Shown here one piece after another: positions 13,353-24,269 of a stretch of DNA of 64,000 nt. The notes beneath the pieces were generated by a model. That model made no database searches. It worked only from the letters and a program-made list of their open reading frames with translations, and was not told the DNA's origin. A program made the translations under genes and the position numbers. Every line of letters starts with the position of its first letter. Position 1 is the first letter of the stretch. Origin of the DNA: an uncultured Gemmatimonadaceae bacterium (GTDB lineage: Bacteria; Gemmatimonadota; Gemmatimonadetes; Gemmatimonadales; Gemmatimonadaceae); contig CAWAGQ010000004.1 of the NCBI GenBank assembly GCA_963781585.1, positions 512,001 to 576,000 of the forward strand, in the 5' to 3' direction.

Positions 13353-14348
13353 GTGGCCCCGTCGCAGGCGCTTCTCTTTACCTCCTCCGGGGCTCCACTG
13401 CCGCCGGCGGTCAACGCCTGGTTGGCGTCGGCCGGACTGACCACGGCTGTAGTGCGCGACGCGTCCGACCTGATGGCGATAGCATTGCGCGGGCGACCGC
13501 GTCTGGTGCTCCTTGATGCCAGGGACCAGAGCATGGAAGCGATTGCCGCTTGTCGTCGCCTCAAGGCCGATTCCTATACCGGAGTCGTGCCGGCTCTCGT
13601 GCTGTGCGCCCCCACGCCCGAATCGCTCGACAACTGTTTCACGTCGGATGCCGACGAAGTTCTCCATCTCGCCATGTCGGACGCCGAGCTGTGCCAACGG
13701 CTCGCGACCGCCCTGCGCCGCTCCGACCGCGACGTTTCGGTCCACCCCTCCACGCGCCTCCCCGGCACGTTCGGCATCGAAGCCGAACTCACCCGGCGAA
13801 TCGCCGCCCAGGATACGTTTGCGGTGTGCTACGCGGACCTGGATCACTTCAAGGAGTACAACGATCGGTACAGTTACAACGACGGCGATCGCGTCATTCG
13901 GGTGGTCGCGAAAATCCTCCACGACGTGGTGAAAGGCACGTGCGGTGAGCGCGGTTTCGTGGGGCACATTGGCGGTGACGACTTCATTGTCATCCTCGCG
14001 GCCTCCGATGTCGACGAGGTCTGTTCCGAGGTCGTGTCTGTTTTCGATCTGATCGTGCCGTACCAGTACTCGGAGCCCGATCGTCGCGCCGGCTACTTCT
14101 TCGGGAAGGACCGGCGGGGACAACTCCATCGCGTACCCCTGATGACGCTCTCGATTGGCGTAGTCACCAACGAGCGGCGGGCTTTCACATCAGCGGCGCA
14201 GGTCAGCGAACTTGCCACCGAAATGAAGGGATACGCCAAGACGTTGCCAGGATCGGTATACTCAGTGGATCGCCGGCAGGAACACCTGGCATCGCTGGAG
14301 CCCACTCCCGTGCGCGAGCACGACGCCCTCAGCATCATAGAGGACTGA
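13353..14348 (+). CDS. Diguanylate cyclase with N-terminal atypical receiver domain
   Basis: DLDHFKEYND...GD and GHIGGDDF motifs; REC-like N-terminus (RLVLLD). Confidence 0.88.
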   Translation: MAPSQALLFTSSGAPLPPAVNAWLASAGLTTAVVRDASDLMAIALRGRPRLVLLDARDQSMEAIAACRRLKADSYTGVVPALVLCAPTPESLDNCFTSDADEVLHLAMSDAELCQRLATALRRSDRDVSVHPSTRLPGTFGIEAELTRRIAAQDTFAVCYADLDHFKEYNDRYSYNDGDRVIRVVAKILHDVVKGTCGERGFVGHIGGDDFIVILAASDVDEVCSEVVSVFDLIVPYQYSEPDRRAGYFFGKDRRGQLHRVPLMTLSIGVVTNERRAFTSAAQVSELATEMKGYAKTLPGSVYSVDRRQEHLASLEPTPVREHDALSIIED

Positions 14349-15208
14349 TGAACGTTTCGTGTCCCGAGTGCCGTTCGGTCTTCCGACTCGATCCGGCAAG
14401 GATAACCAGCGTCAGCGTGCGCGCACGCTGCTCGGTCTGCGGTGGGATCATCGCCGTTGGCGAAAGCGTGCGCTGGGGAGATGATCTCGGGGACCCGCGG
14501 CGACCGGACACGAGGCCCTCGCCCGGGGCGGAACCGCCACAGGTCGCGAGGCCGGTCCTGGCAGGTGACCGTGGTCAGCCTGCCGATTCGATCAGCCCAC
14601 CCACCGTCGCGTCGCGGCCGCGCACGCCGCCGTTTTCGACTCCGGTTTCGGTACCTGTGCTCCGTATGACGCCTCCTGAATCGGAGCGCACAACGGCGAC
14701 GCGTCCCGGTGTGGCACCGATTGGTGCGCCGCCGGTTGAGCCTCGGACTATCGAGCCCCGCATTGCCTCGCCGGCATTCGGGGCGCCTTTTGCGGCTCCG
14801 CCGCGAGTTGGCGCGGCCACGCCTTTGGGCGTGCCAGCGGTGCCGGACGTTGAGCCATTGCCGTTGACCACGCACACGCGCAACGCGACACCAGCTCCCA
14901 TCGCCTCCGCGGTGACGACGGCAGCGGCCCCTTCGCAGCGCCGACCGATCAACCCCTTTCTGGCTAACGATCCGAATCACAAGGCACGCCGCCTGGCGCG
15001 TGCGCTCGTCTCGGACATGGTGGCGTACAATCCATCGAAGCGCGAGGAAGGGCTTCGCGCCGGAACCCTGAAGCAGCTCTTTCGCGAAGAGATCAAGAAG
15101 AGCTACGAGGAGTACGTGGAGCAGGTGGGCCGCGAGTTTGCGGACACCTCAACGCACTTCCAGGACGCCCTCAATGATGTCCTGGCCGGAGGCCGGCGGA
15201 TATTCTGA
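14348..15208 (+). CDS. Zinc-ribbon (MJ0042-type) protein with Pro-rich linker and conserved helical C-terminal domain (RomX-like)
   Basis: CPEC...CSVC N-terminus, ~170-aa Pro/Ala/Thr-rich linker, C-terminal ARRLARALVSDMVAYN domain; TGATG coupling to the cyclase gene. Confidence 0.8.
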   Translation: MNVSCPECRSVFRLDPARITSVSVRARCSVCGGIIAVGESVRWGDDLGDPRRPDTRPSPGAEPPQVARPVLAGDRGQPADSISPPTVASRPRTPPFSTPVSVPVLRMTPPESERTTATRPGVAPIGAPPVEPRTIEPRIASPAFGAPFAAPPRVGAATPLGVPAVPDVEPLPLTTHTRNATPAPIASAVTTAAAPSQRRPINPFLANDPNHKARRLARALVSDMVAYNPSKREEGLRAGTLKQLFREEIKKSYEEYVEQVGREFADTSTHFQDALNDVLAGGRRIF

Positions 15209-15321
15209 CCACGGGGTAGATGCGCGCTTCTGTCTCCGCTATACTTGCTCGGAAGCCAGAGGGTCACTCGAGCCGTTCTCCACGCCGGGGGCGGCTCGCC
15301 GCATATCAGGGAGCGTACCGA

Positions 15322-16441
15322 ATGGCGGATTCGGAGCGGGCACGCGCGTTGCACGCCTATCACGAGCGGCTCGAGGAGCTCAGGAGGTACCTTTGACCTG
15401 CCCGCCAAGCGGGCAGAGTTGGGGGACCTCGAGACGCGCATGTCGGACGGCGCGTTCTGGACGGATCAGGACACCGCGCGCGCCGTCGTGCAACGGGTCA
15501 AGGAGCTGAAGGGCTGGATTGATCCGTTCGAGAAGCTCAGCGATCGCGTGGCCAGCGCGCAGGAGATGGACGGGCTGCTCGATGCCGAGCCCGATGCCGA
15601 GCTGGGAGTGGAACTCGATCGCGAGGCCCAAGCCCTCGAGGGAGAGGTGCGGGGGTTCGAGCTCCGGTCCATGTTGCGCGGCGCGGACGACTGGCGGAAC
15701 GCGCAACTGGAGATCAGCGCGGGAGCGGGCGGCACCGAGGCGATGGACTGGGCGGAAATGCTCATGCGGATGTACAGCCGGTGGGCGGAACGCCACGGTT
15801 GTTCGGTCAACATCCTCGACCTGAGCGAGGGCGAAGAGGCGGGGATCAAGGGGGCGGTGCTTGAAATCCGCGGGCAGCACGCCTACGGCTTTCTGCGTGC
15901 CGAGACCGGCGTCCACCGGCTCGTCCGCATCTCCCCGTTCGATTCCAACGCCCGGCGTCACACCTCGTTCGCCTCGGTATTCGTGTATCCGGTCGTCGAC
16001 GAACAGATAAACATCGAGATTCGCGACGAAGACATCCGGATGGATGTCTTCCGTGCCAGCGGGGCCGGCGGGCAGCACGTCAACAAGACGAGTTCCGCGG
16101 TGCGACTCACGCATCTGCCGTCCGGCATCGTGGTGTCGTGTCAGCAGGAGCGGTCGCAATTCAAGAACAAGGCGGTGGCGATGCAGATGCTCAAGAACCG
16201 CCTCTATCAGCGAGAGATCGAGAAGCGCGCCGCCAAGAAGGCGGCGCTCGATGCGACCAAGGCCGAGGTGACCTTCGGAAGTCAGATCCGCAGTTACGTC
16301 TTCCAGCCGTACACGATGGTGAACGACCACCGGACCGAGCTCAAGATCCCTGACGTGCAGCGCGTCATGGACGGCGACATCGATCCGTTTATCGAGGCGT
16401 ACCTCAAGAAGTACGGAAAGGACGAGGACGCGGCCGCGTGA
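15322..16441 (+). CDS. prfB: Peptide chain release factor 2, translated via a programmed +1 frameshift at 15391-15397
   Basis: ATG 15322 opens MADSERARALHAYHERLEELRRYL then TGA. AGGAGG-TAC-CTT-TGA-C is the canonical signal; the +1 frame has SPF and GGQ motifs. Confidence 0.97.
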
Positions 16442-17973
16442 GCGACGATCTCAACTTTGTACTCCGGGCGCGGCGCGACAAGCTCGCGGCCCTCGAAGCC
16501 CTGGGCGTCGCGCCGTTCGCCTACCATTTCGACCCCACGCACGACGCGGCGGCTGCGCTGCGGGCACTTCCTCCGGCGGACTCGGACGGGCCCGAGGTGC
16601 GTGTCGCGGGTCGGATTGTCGCGTGGCGGCCACACGGCAAGACGATCTTTGCGCACGTGGCGGATCAATGGTCGCGAATCCAGCTGTACTTCCGGCGCGA
16701 TGAGTTGGGCGACCGGGCGTTCCAGCTGCTCGACCTGCTCGACATCGGCGACGTGATCGGTGTGGGCGGTCGGCTCTTTCGTACCAGGACCGGAGAGACA
16801 ACGATCCGGGTGGCGGACGTCACTCTGCTCGCCAAGTCCTTGCGCCCACTTCCGTATGGCAAGGAAGAGGTGCTCGACGGCACCGTGGTGCGTCATTCCG
16901 GATTCGCCGATCCCGAGCAGCGCTACCGGCAACGTTACGCGGACCTGGCCGTGCACGCGGAAGTGCGGCGCGGGTTTGTCGCCCGCTCGCGCATGGTCAC
17001 CTCGATCCGCCGGGCCCTCGACGAGTTGGGGTACCTCGAGGTCGAGACACCGGTCCTCCAGGTGCAGTACGGCGGCGCGGCGGCACGGCCCTTTCTCACG
17101 CACCATCACGCCCTGGACATGCCGCTCTACCTGCGCATCGCCGATGAGCTCTATCTGAAGCGACTCGTCGTCGGCGGGCTCGATCGGGTGTATGAGATCG
17201 GGCATGATTTCCGGAACGAGGGCATCGATCGCACGCACTCGCCGGAATTCACCATGCTGGAGTTCTATGAAGCGTATGCGGACTACCAGGTGATGATGCG
17301 GCGGGTGGAGCACTTGCTGACGCAGGCGGCCGACGCAGTGCGCGCGGTCCTGACGCCGGATTCCATCCCGGCGGAGGAGCGGCTGCTGCTGCCTGAGGAT
17401 ACCTTCGTCCCGGTCCCCACGCTCGCGCCGCCGTTCCCCCGGCAGGAATGGGTGCCATCGCTGAACGCGGCCGCGGGGATGGATGTCATGGCACTCGACG
17501 ACCCGTCGCTGCGTACGCTCGCCACCCGGATCGGCGTGCACAAGGTCGAGAGCCTGAGCCGGCCCAAGCTGCTCGATGAGATCTTTCAGGCGCTCGTGGA
17601 GTCAACCCTGGAGTCGCCGACGTTCATCGTGGACTACCCCATGGAGTTGTCCCCACTTGCCAAACCGAAGCGCGGGAATCCCGCGCTGACCGAGCGCTTC
17701 GAGCTGTTCGCGAGCGGGAGCGAGCTGGCCAACGCCTTCAGCGAACTCAACGATCCCATGGACCAGCGCCGACGGCTCGAGGAGCAGGCACGCCAGCGGG
17801 CTGCGGGAGACCTGGAGGCGGTCGTGGTAGACGACGACTATCTGCGAGCCATGGAATATGGCATGCCGCCGATGGGGGGGGTGGGGATAGGAATCGACCG
17901 GCTCTTCATGTACCTCACTGGAACGCCGAACATTCGCGATGTCGTCCTGTTCCCTACCATGCGGCCTGAATAA
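16438..17973 (+). CDS. lysS: Lysine--tRNA ligase (class II)
   Basis: OB-fold, YRQRYADL, YLRIADELYLKRL, FRNEG and EYGMPPMGGVGIGIDRL motifs. Confidence 0.98.
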   Translation: MSDDLNFVLRARRDKLAALEALGVAPFAYHFDPTHDAAAALRALPPADSDGPEVRVAGRIVAWRPHGKTIFAHVADQWSRIQLYFRRDELGDRAFQLLDLLDIGDVIGVGGRLFRTRTGETTIRVADVTLLAKSLRPLPYGKEEVLDGTVVRHSGFADPEQRYRQRYADLAVHAEVRRGFVARSRMVTSIRRALDELGYLEVETPVLQVQYGGAAARPFLTHHHALDMPLYLRIADELYLKRLVVGGLDRVYEIGHDFRNEGIDRTHSPEFTMLEFYEAYADYQVMMRRVEHLLTQAADAVRAVLTPDSIPAEERLLLPEDTFVPVPTLAPPFPRQEWVPSLNAAAGMDVMALDDPSLRTLATRIGVHKVESLSRPKLLDEIFQALVESTLESPTFIVDYPMELSPLAKPKRGNPALTERFELFASGSELANAFSELNDPMDQRRRLEEQARQRAAGDLEAVVVDDDYLRAMEYGMPPMGGVGIGIDRLFMYLTGTPNIRDVVLFPTMRPE

Positions 17974-19223
17974 TGAAGTCCATCGAGTTCGCAATCGCCT
18001 GGCGCTACCTGCGTAGCCGGCGTCGTTCCCGCTTGCTGTCTTTCATCAGCATGATCGCAATTGGTGGCGTGATCGTGGGAGTCAGTGCGCTGGTGGTGGT
18101 GATGGGCGTGATGAACGGTCTCCAGCGTGACCTTCGCGAGAAGATCCTGGTGGGGAGCCCGGACATCCGGGTGCTGCCCTACGGCAACGACCTTTCCATC
18201 GCCAACTGGCGACCGTTGCTCGCCAAGGTGCGGTCTGCGCACGACGTGGTGGCGGCGGCACCGTTCGTCCTCACGAAGGGGCTGATCAGCGCGGGCTACG
18301 AGTATATCGACGGCGTGCAGATTGCCGGGATCGAGCCTCAGGCTCGCGGTGTCCAGGAGCCGATGCCCATCCGGGAGTACGCGATTCAGGGCGACTTCCG
18401 GTTCGCGAGCTCCGACGGTGAGCAGCGTGGCGTGGTGCTGGGGAAACTGCTCGCGCGCAAGCTCGACGTGCAGCCCGGAGACACCGTCATTCTGTTCACG
18501 TTGGGAGGCACGAAGATCAGCGCGTCCCTGGGTACGCTGGTCCCGCGCCCGCTCCGGTTCGAGGTGACCGGGGTGTTCGAGACAGGCATGTACGAATACG
18601 ATGACGCGTACCTGTACATGTCGCTGGCGACCGCGCAGCAAGTCAGCGCGATGGACTCGGCAGTGACGGGGATCGACATCAAGACCCGGGATCGTTGGGT
18701 AGCGCGGCAGGTCTCCGAACAGCTGGTCGATTCCCTCGGGTTCGCGTACCGCGCGGTGGACTGGCAGGAACAGAACAGCTCGCTGTTTCAGGCGCTGAAG
18801 CTGGAGAAACTCGGCATGGGCGTGATTCTGCTCCTGATTGTGGTGGTTGCGGCCTTCAACATCATCAGCAATCTGACCATGGTCGTGGCCGACAAGACCC
18901 GGGAGATCGGGATACTGAAGGCGATGGGAATGACCGCGCGATCGATCAGGAGGATCTTCTTCACACAGGGCCTGGTCATCGGCATTGCGGGGACGGCGTT
19001 AGGCGTGGTGCTGGGCCTGGTGGTGGCGACGACGATCGGCGCCCGGCAACTCATCCCGCTCAATCCCGAGGTCTACTTCATCGACCACCTTCCCGTGGCG
19101 ACCCAGCCCTTGGATATCGTGGTGACGATCGCGGCGAGCATCGCGATCGCCGCGCTGGCCACCCTGTATCCGGCGCGACAGGCGGCCCGGCTCTATCCGC
19201 TGGAGGCGATTCGACATGAATAG
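17973..19223 (+). CDS. lolE: Lipoprotein-releasing ABC transporter permease (LolC/E/F family)
   Basis: IAWRYLRS, VMGVMNG, VAAFNIIS..M.V..KTREIGILKAMG motifs; upstream of lolD. Confidence 0.9.
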   Translation: MKSIEFAIAWRYLRSRRRSRLLSFISMIAIGGVIVGVSALVVVMGVMNGLQRDLREKILVGSPDIRVLPYGNDLSIANWRPLLAKVRSAHDVVAAAPFVLTKGLISAGYEYIDGVQIAGIEPQARGVQEPMPIREYAIQGDFRFASSDGEQRGVVLGKLLARKLDVQPGDTVILFTLGGTKISASLGTLVPRPLRFEVTGVFETGMYEYDDAYLYMSLATAQQVSAMDSAVTGIDIKTRDRWVARQVSEQLVDSLGFAYRAVDWQEQNSSLFQALKLEKLGMGVILLLIVVVAAFNIISNLTMVVADKTREIGILKAMGMTARSIRRIFFTQGLVIGIAGTALGVVLGLVVATTIGARQLIPLNPEVYFIDHLPVATQPLDIVVTIAASIAIAALATLYPARQAARLYPLEAIRHE

Positions 19224-19397
19224 GCGTCGCATGTTCGGGGTGCGCCGCGTGGACGCGTGCCGTACGCTGGACGCAGGTCGTCCTCTCCTGGAGTGCGGGG
19301 ATCCGGGAGGCGCGCGCCGGGACGTCGGTGGCGTGTGGCGATGCCGTGGTCCGGACGGCACATTGCTCCATAGAGACGTCAGCTGGAGGATGTCCTG

Positions 19398-20096
19398 ATG
19401 TCGGTGCTCCACGCATACGACATCGCCAGGTCGTTCCGCGGTGGGGACGGGGGGATTATTCACGTGCTCACGGGCGTCAATCTCGACGTTGCGCGCGGCG
19501 AAATGGTGGCGATCGTGGGCGCGAGCGGTGCGGGCAAGAGCACGCTGTTGCACGTGGTGGGGGCGCTCGATCGCCCGTCACGCGGCGACGTCCTCATCGA
19601 TGGACAGTCGCTGAACAACCGGACTGACGATGAGCTGGCGGCCATCCGGAATCGCAAGGTCGGATTCGTATTCCAGTTTCATCATCTGCTTCGCGAATTC
19701 TCCGCGCTGGAAAACGTGATGATGCCCTTGCGTATCGCGACGGTGGACGAGAGAACGGCACGGAGTCGGGCGCAGGACCTTCTGTCGCGCGTGGGACTGA
19801 GTGGTCGCATGCACCATCGTCCGAACGAATTGTCCGGTGGGGAGCAACAGCGAACGGCGGTGGCGCGGGCGCTGGCGATGGACCCGGCGCTCCTGCTGGC
19901 GGATGAGCCGTCGGGGAATCTGGATCACGCCAACGCCGAGATGCTCCACGGCGTCCTCGCCCAGATCGCCCGCGATCTGGAAATCGCCATGGTGGTGGTG
20001 ACGCACAACCGGTCGCTCGCATCGCGGGCGGATCGGGCGCTCCTGCTCGAGGATGGTGTACTAACAGAGACGGACGTACTGGGAGTGGTCACCTGA
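19398..20096 (+). CDS. lolD: Lipoprotein-releasing ABC transporter ATP-binding protein
   Basis: GASGAGKSTLL, GFVFQFHHLL (LolD motif), LSGGEQQR and ADEPSGNLD. Confidence 0.93.
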   Translation: MSVLHAYDIARSFRGGDGGIIHVLTGVNLDVARGEMVAIVGASGAGKSTLLHVVGALDRPSRGDVLIDGQSLNNRTDDELAAIRNRKVGFVFQFHHLLREFSALENVMMPLRIATVDERTARSRAQDLLSRVGLSGRMHHRPNELSGGEQQRTAVARALAMDPALLLADEPSGNLDHANAEMLHGVLAQIARDLEIAMVVVTHNRSLASRADRALLLEDGVLTETDVLGVVT

Positions 20097-20587
20097 TGCT
20101 GTGTGATGATTGCAAGGAACGCGAGGCGTCGGTCACGCTCACCCGGGTGGAGAAGGGCGACGTGTCGTTGTTGCATCTGTGCGCGCAGTGCGCGGCGGAG
20201 CGTGGCTACGAGACGACCGCGACCTCGCCGCTGAAGAACCTGATTGCCGACTATCTGCCGGCGGTGCAGCAGCAGGCCGCGCTCGCGCAGGCCGAAGCCG
20301 TGCAATGCCCGTTTTGCCTCATGACGCTGCGCGACTTCCGGCAAACGGGACGACTCGGATGCGCCAGCTGCTACGCGACCTTCGAGCAGAGTCTGCGCGA
20401 GCTGTTGCGCCGCGTGCACGGGAACGCCAAGCACGTGGGGCGCCGGTACGACCCGCCGCCGTTGCACGTGACCACGGAGGGTTCCACCGCCCTTGGCGAG
20501 CTGCGTGACCGGTTACGCCTGGCCATCCAGAACGAACAGTTCGAGCTGGCCGCCAGCATCCGTGACCAGATCAAGGTGCTGGAATGA
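20096..20587 (+). CDS. mcsA: McsA, activator of protein arginine kinase
   Basis: Four CxxC motifs, GRLGC..CY and a C-terminal UVR domain (EQFELAASIRDQIK). Confidence 0.92.
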   Translation: MLCDDCKEREASVTLTRVEKGDVSLLHLCAQCAAERGYETTATSPLKNLIADYLPAVQQQAALAQAEAVQCPFCLMTLRDFRQTGRLGCASCYATFEQSLRELLRRVHGNAKHVGRRYDPPPLHVTTEGSTALGELRDRLRLAIQNEQFELAASIRDQIKVLE

Positions 20588-21669
20588 GCCTGGACCTTTC
20601 GCTGCTGCCCGATGGCGGCATGGGGTGGCTCGACGCGTCGGGAGAGCACGCCGACATGGTGCTCTCGACGCGCGTGCGCCTCGCGCGCAACATCGACGGG
20701 TACGCCTTCACGGGCCGCACCCGGGAAGGCGAACGCCTGCGCATCCTTTCGCAGGTGCGGGATGCCGTTCCGGCCGTGCGAAGCCTGGCAGGCGGCGTTT
20801 TCTTCCGGCTCGACGAGCTGGCAAGTAGTGACCGACAGCTACTCCACGAGCGTCATCTCATAAGCAGGGAGCTGGCCGGACTCGATTCGCCAACGGGTGT
20901 GCGTGGTGGGGCTGCGCTGCTGGTGGCTGAGGGCGTCAGCGTCATGGTAAACGAAGAGGATCACTTGCGCCTGCAGACGCTTCGGTCTGGACTCGACATC
21001 ACCGCGGCCATGGACGCGATCACCCATCTCGATCAGGAGCTGGGGAGCCGTGTGCCTTACGCGTTCCATCGCGAGTTCGGTTTTCTCACCGCGTGTCCAA
21101 CCAACACGGGAACCGGACTGCGCGTGTCAGTGCTGATTCATCTGCCGGGACTGGTCCTGACCAAGGAGTTCAGCAAGGTGCGGGCCGGGTTACAGCAGAT
21201 GGGTCTGACGTATCGCGGGCTGTATGGGGAGGGGAGCGAGGTGCTGGGCAACTTTGTGCAGATCTCGAATCAAACCACGCTGGGGCGGTCGGAGGAGGAG
21301 CTGGCGGACCATCTGTCCCGGGTTGTCAAACACGTCATCCAGCGCGAGCACGAAGCGAGGCGCGTGCTCTGGCGTGACGCGGGCTATATTATCGAAGACA
21401 AGCTCTGGCGCGCCTACGGGACGCTGCGGTATGCACGCAGCCTCACGTTCGATGAGGCGATGAATCTGCTCAGCGGCGTGCGCCTCGCCGTTGGTCTGAA
21501 ACTGGTCACCGGACTCAGTGTATACACGCTCAACAAGCTCCTGATTTTCTGCCAGGCGGCGCATCTTGCGAATGCGGAAGGGCGCGCGCTGAGCGAAAGC
21601 GAGGCCGATATCGCACGTGCCCGGTTCGTGCGAGAGGCGCTGGCGCGAGAGAGTGGCCCGGTCGCGTGA
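20584..21669 (+). CDS. mcsB: Protein arginine kinase McsB
   Basis: STRVRLARN, VNEEDHLR, LTACPTNTGTGLR, RGLYGEGS and QISNQTTLG motifs. Confidence 0.95.
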   Translation: MSLDLSLLPDGGMGWLDASGEHADMVLSTRVRLARNIDGYAFTGRTREGERLRILSQVRDAVPAVRSLAGGVFFRLDELASSDRQLLHERHLISRELAGLDSPTGVRGGAALLVAEGVSVMVNEEDHLRLQTLRSGLDITAAMDAITHLDQELGSRVPYAFHREFGFLTACPTNTGTGLRVSVLIHLPGLVLTKEFSKVRAGLQQMGLTYRGLYGEGSEVLGNFVQISNQTTLGRSEEELADHLSRVVKHVIQREHEARRVLWRDAGYIIEDKLWRAYGTLRYARSLTFDEAMNLLSGVRLAVGLKLVTGLSVYTLNKLLIFCQAAHLANAEGRALSESEADIARARFVREALARESGPVA

Positions 21670-21694
21670 CGGCCGGGTTTTGTATGAGGGCGAA

Positions 21695-24190
<2,496 letters not shown>

Positions 24191-24269
24191 GCGGTTTCCG
24201 CTTCGGCAGTGTCCAATGGCCGGTCGGGTTGGTACGAACCCGACCGGCTTCGCTGTGTATATTACCCCC

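Noticed and set aside
13353..14348. Possible Hypr-type (3',3'-cGAMP) GGDEF enzyme
   Set aside because: The substrate-specifying Asp appears retained (YNDGDRVI), consistent with an ordinary c-di-GMP cyclase.
15245..15321. In-frame N-terminal extension of prfB from TTG 15245
   Set aside because: The real N-terminus comes from ATG 15322 in another frame via the canonical frameshift.
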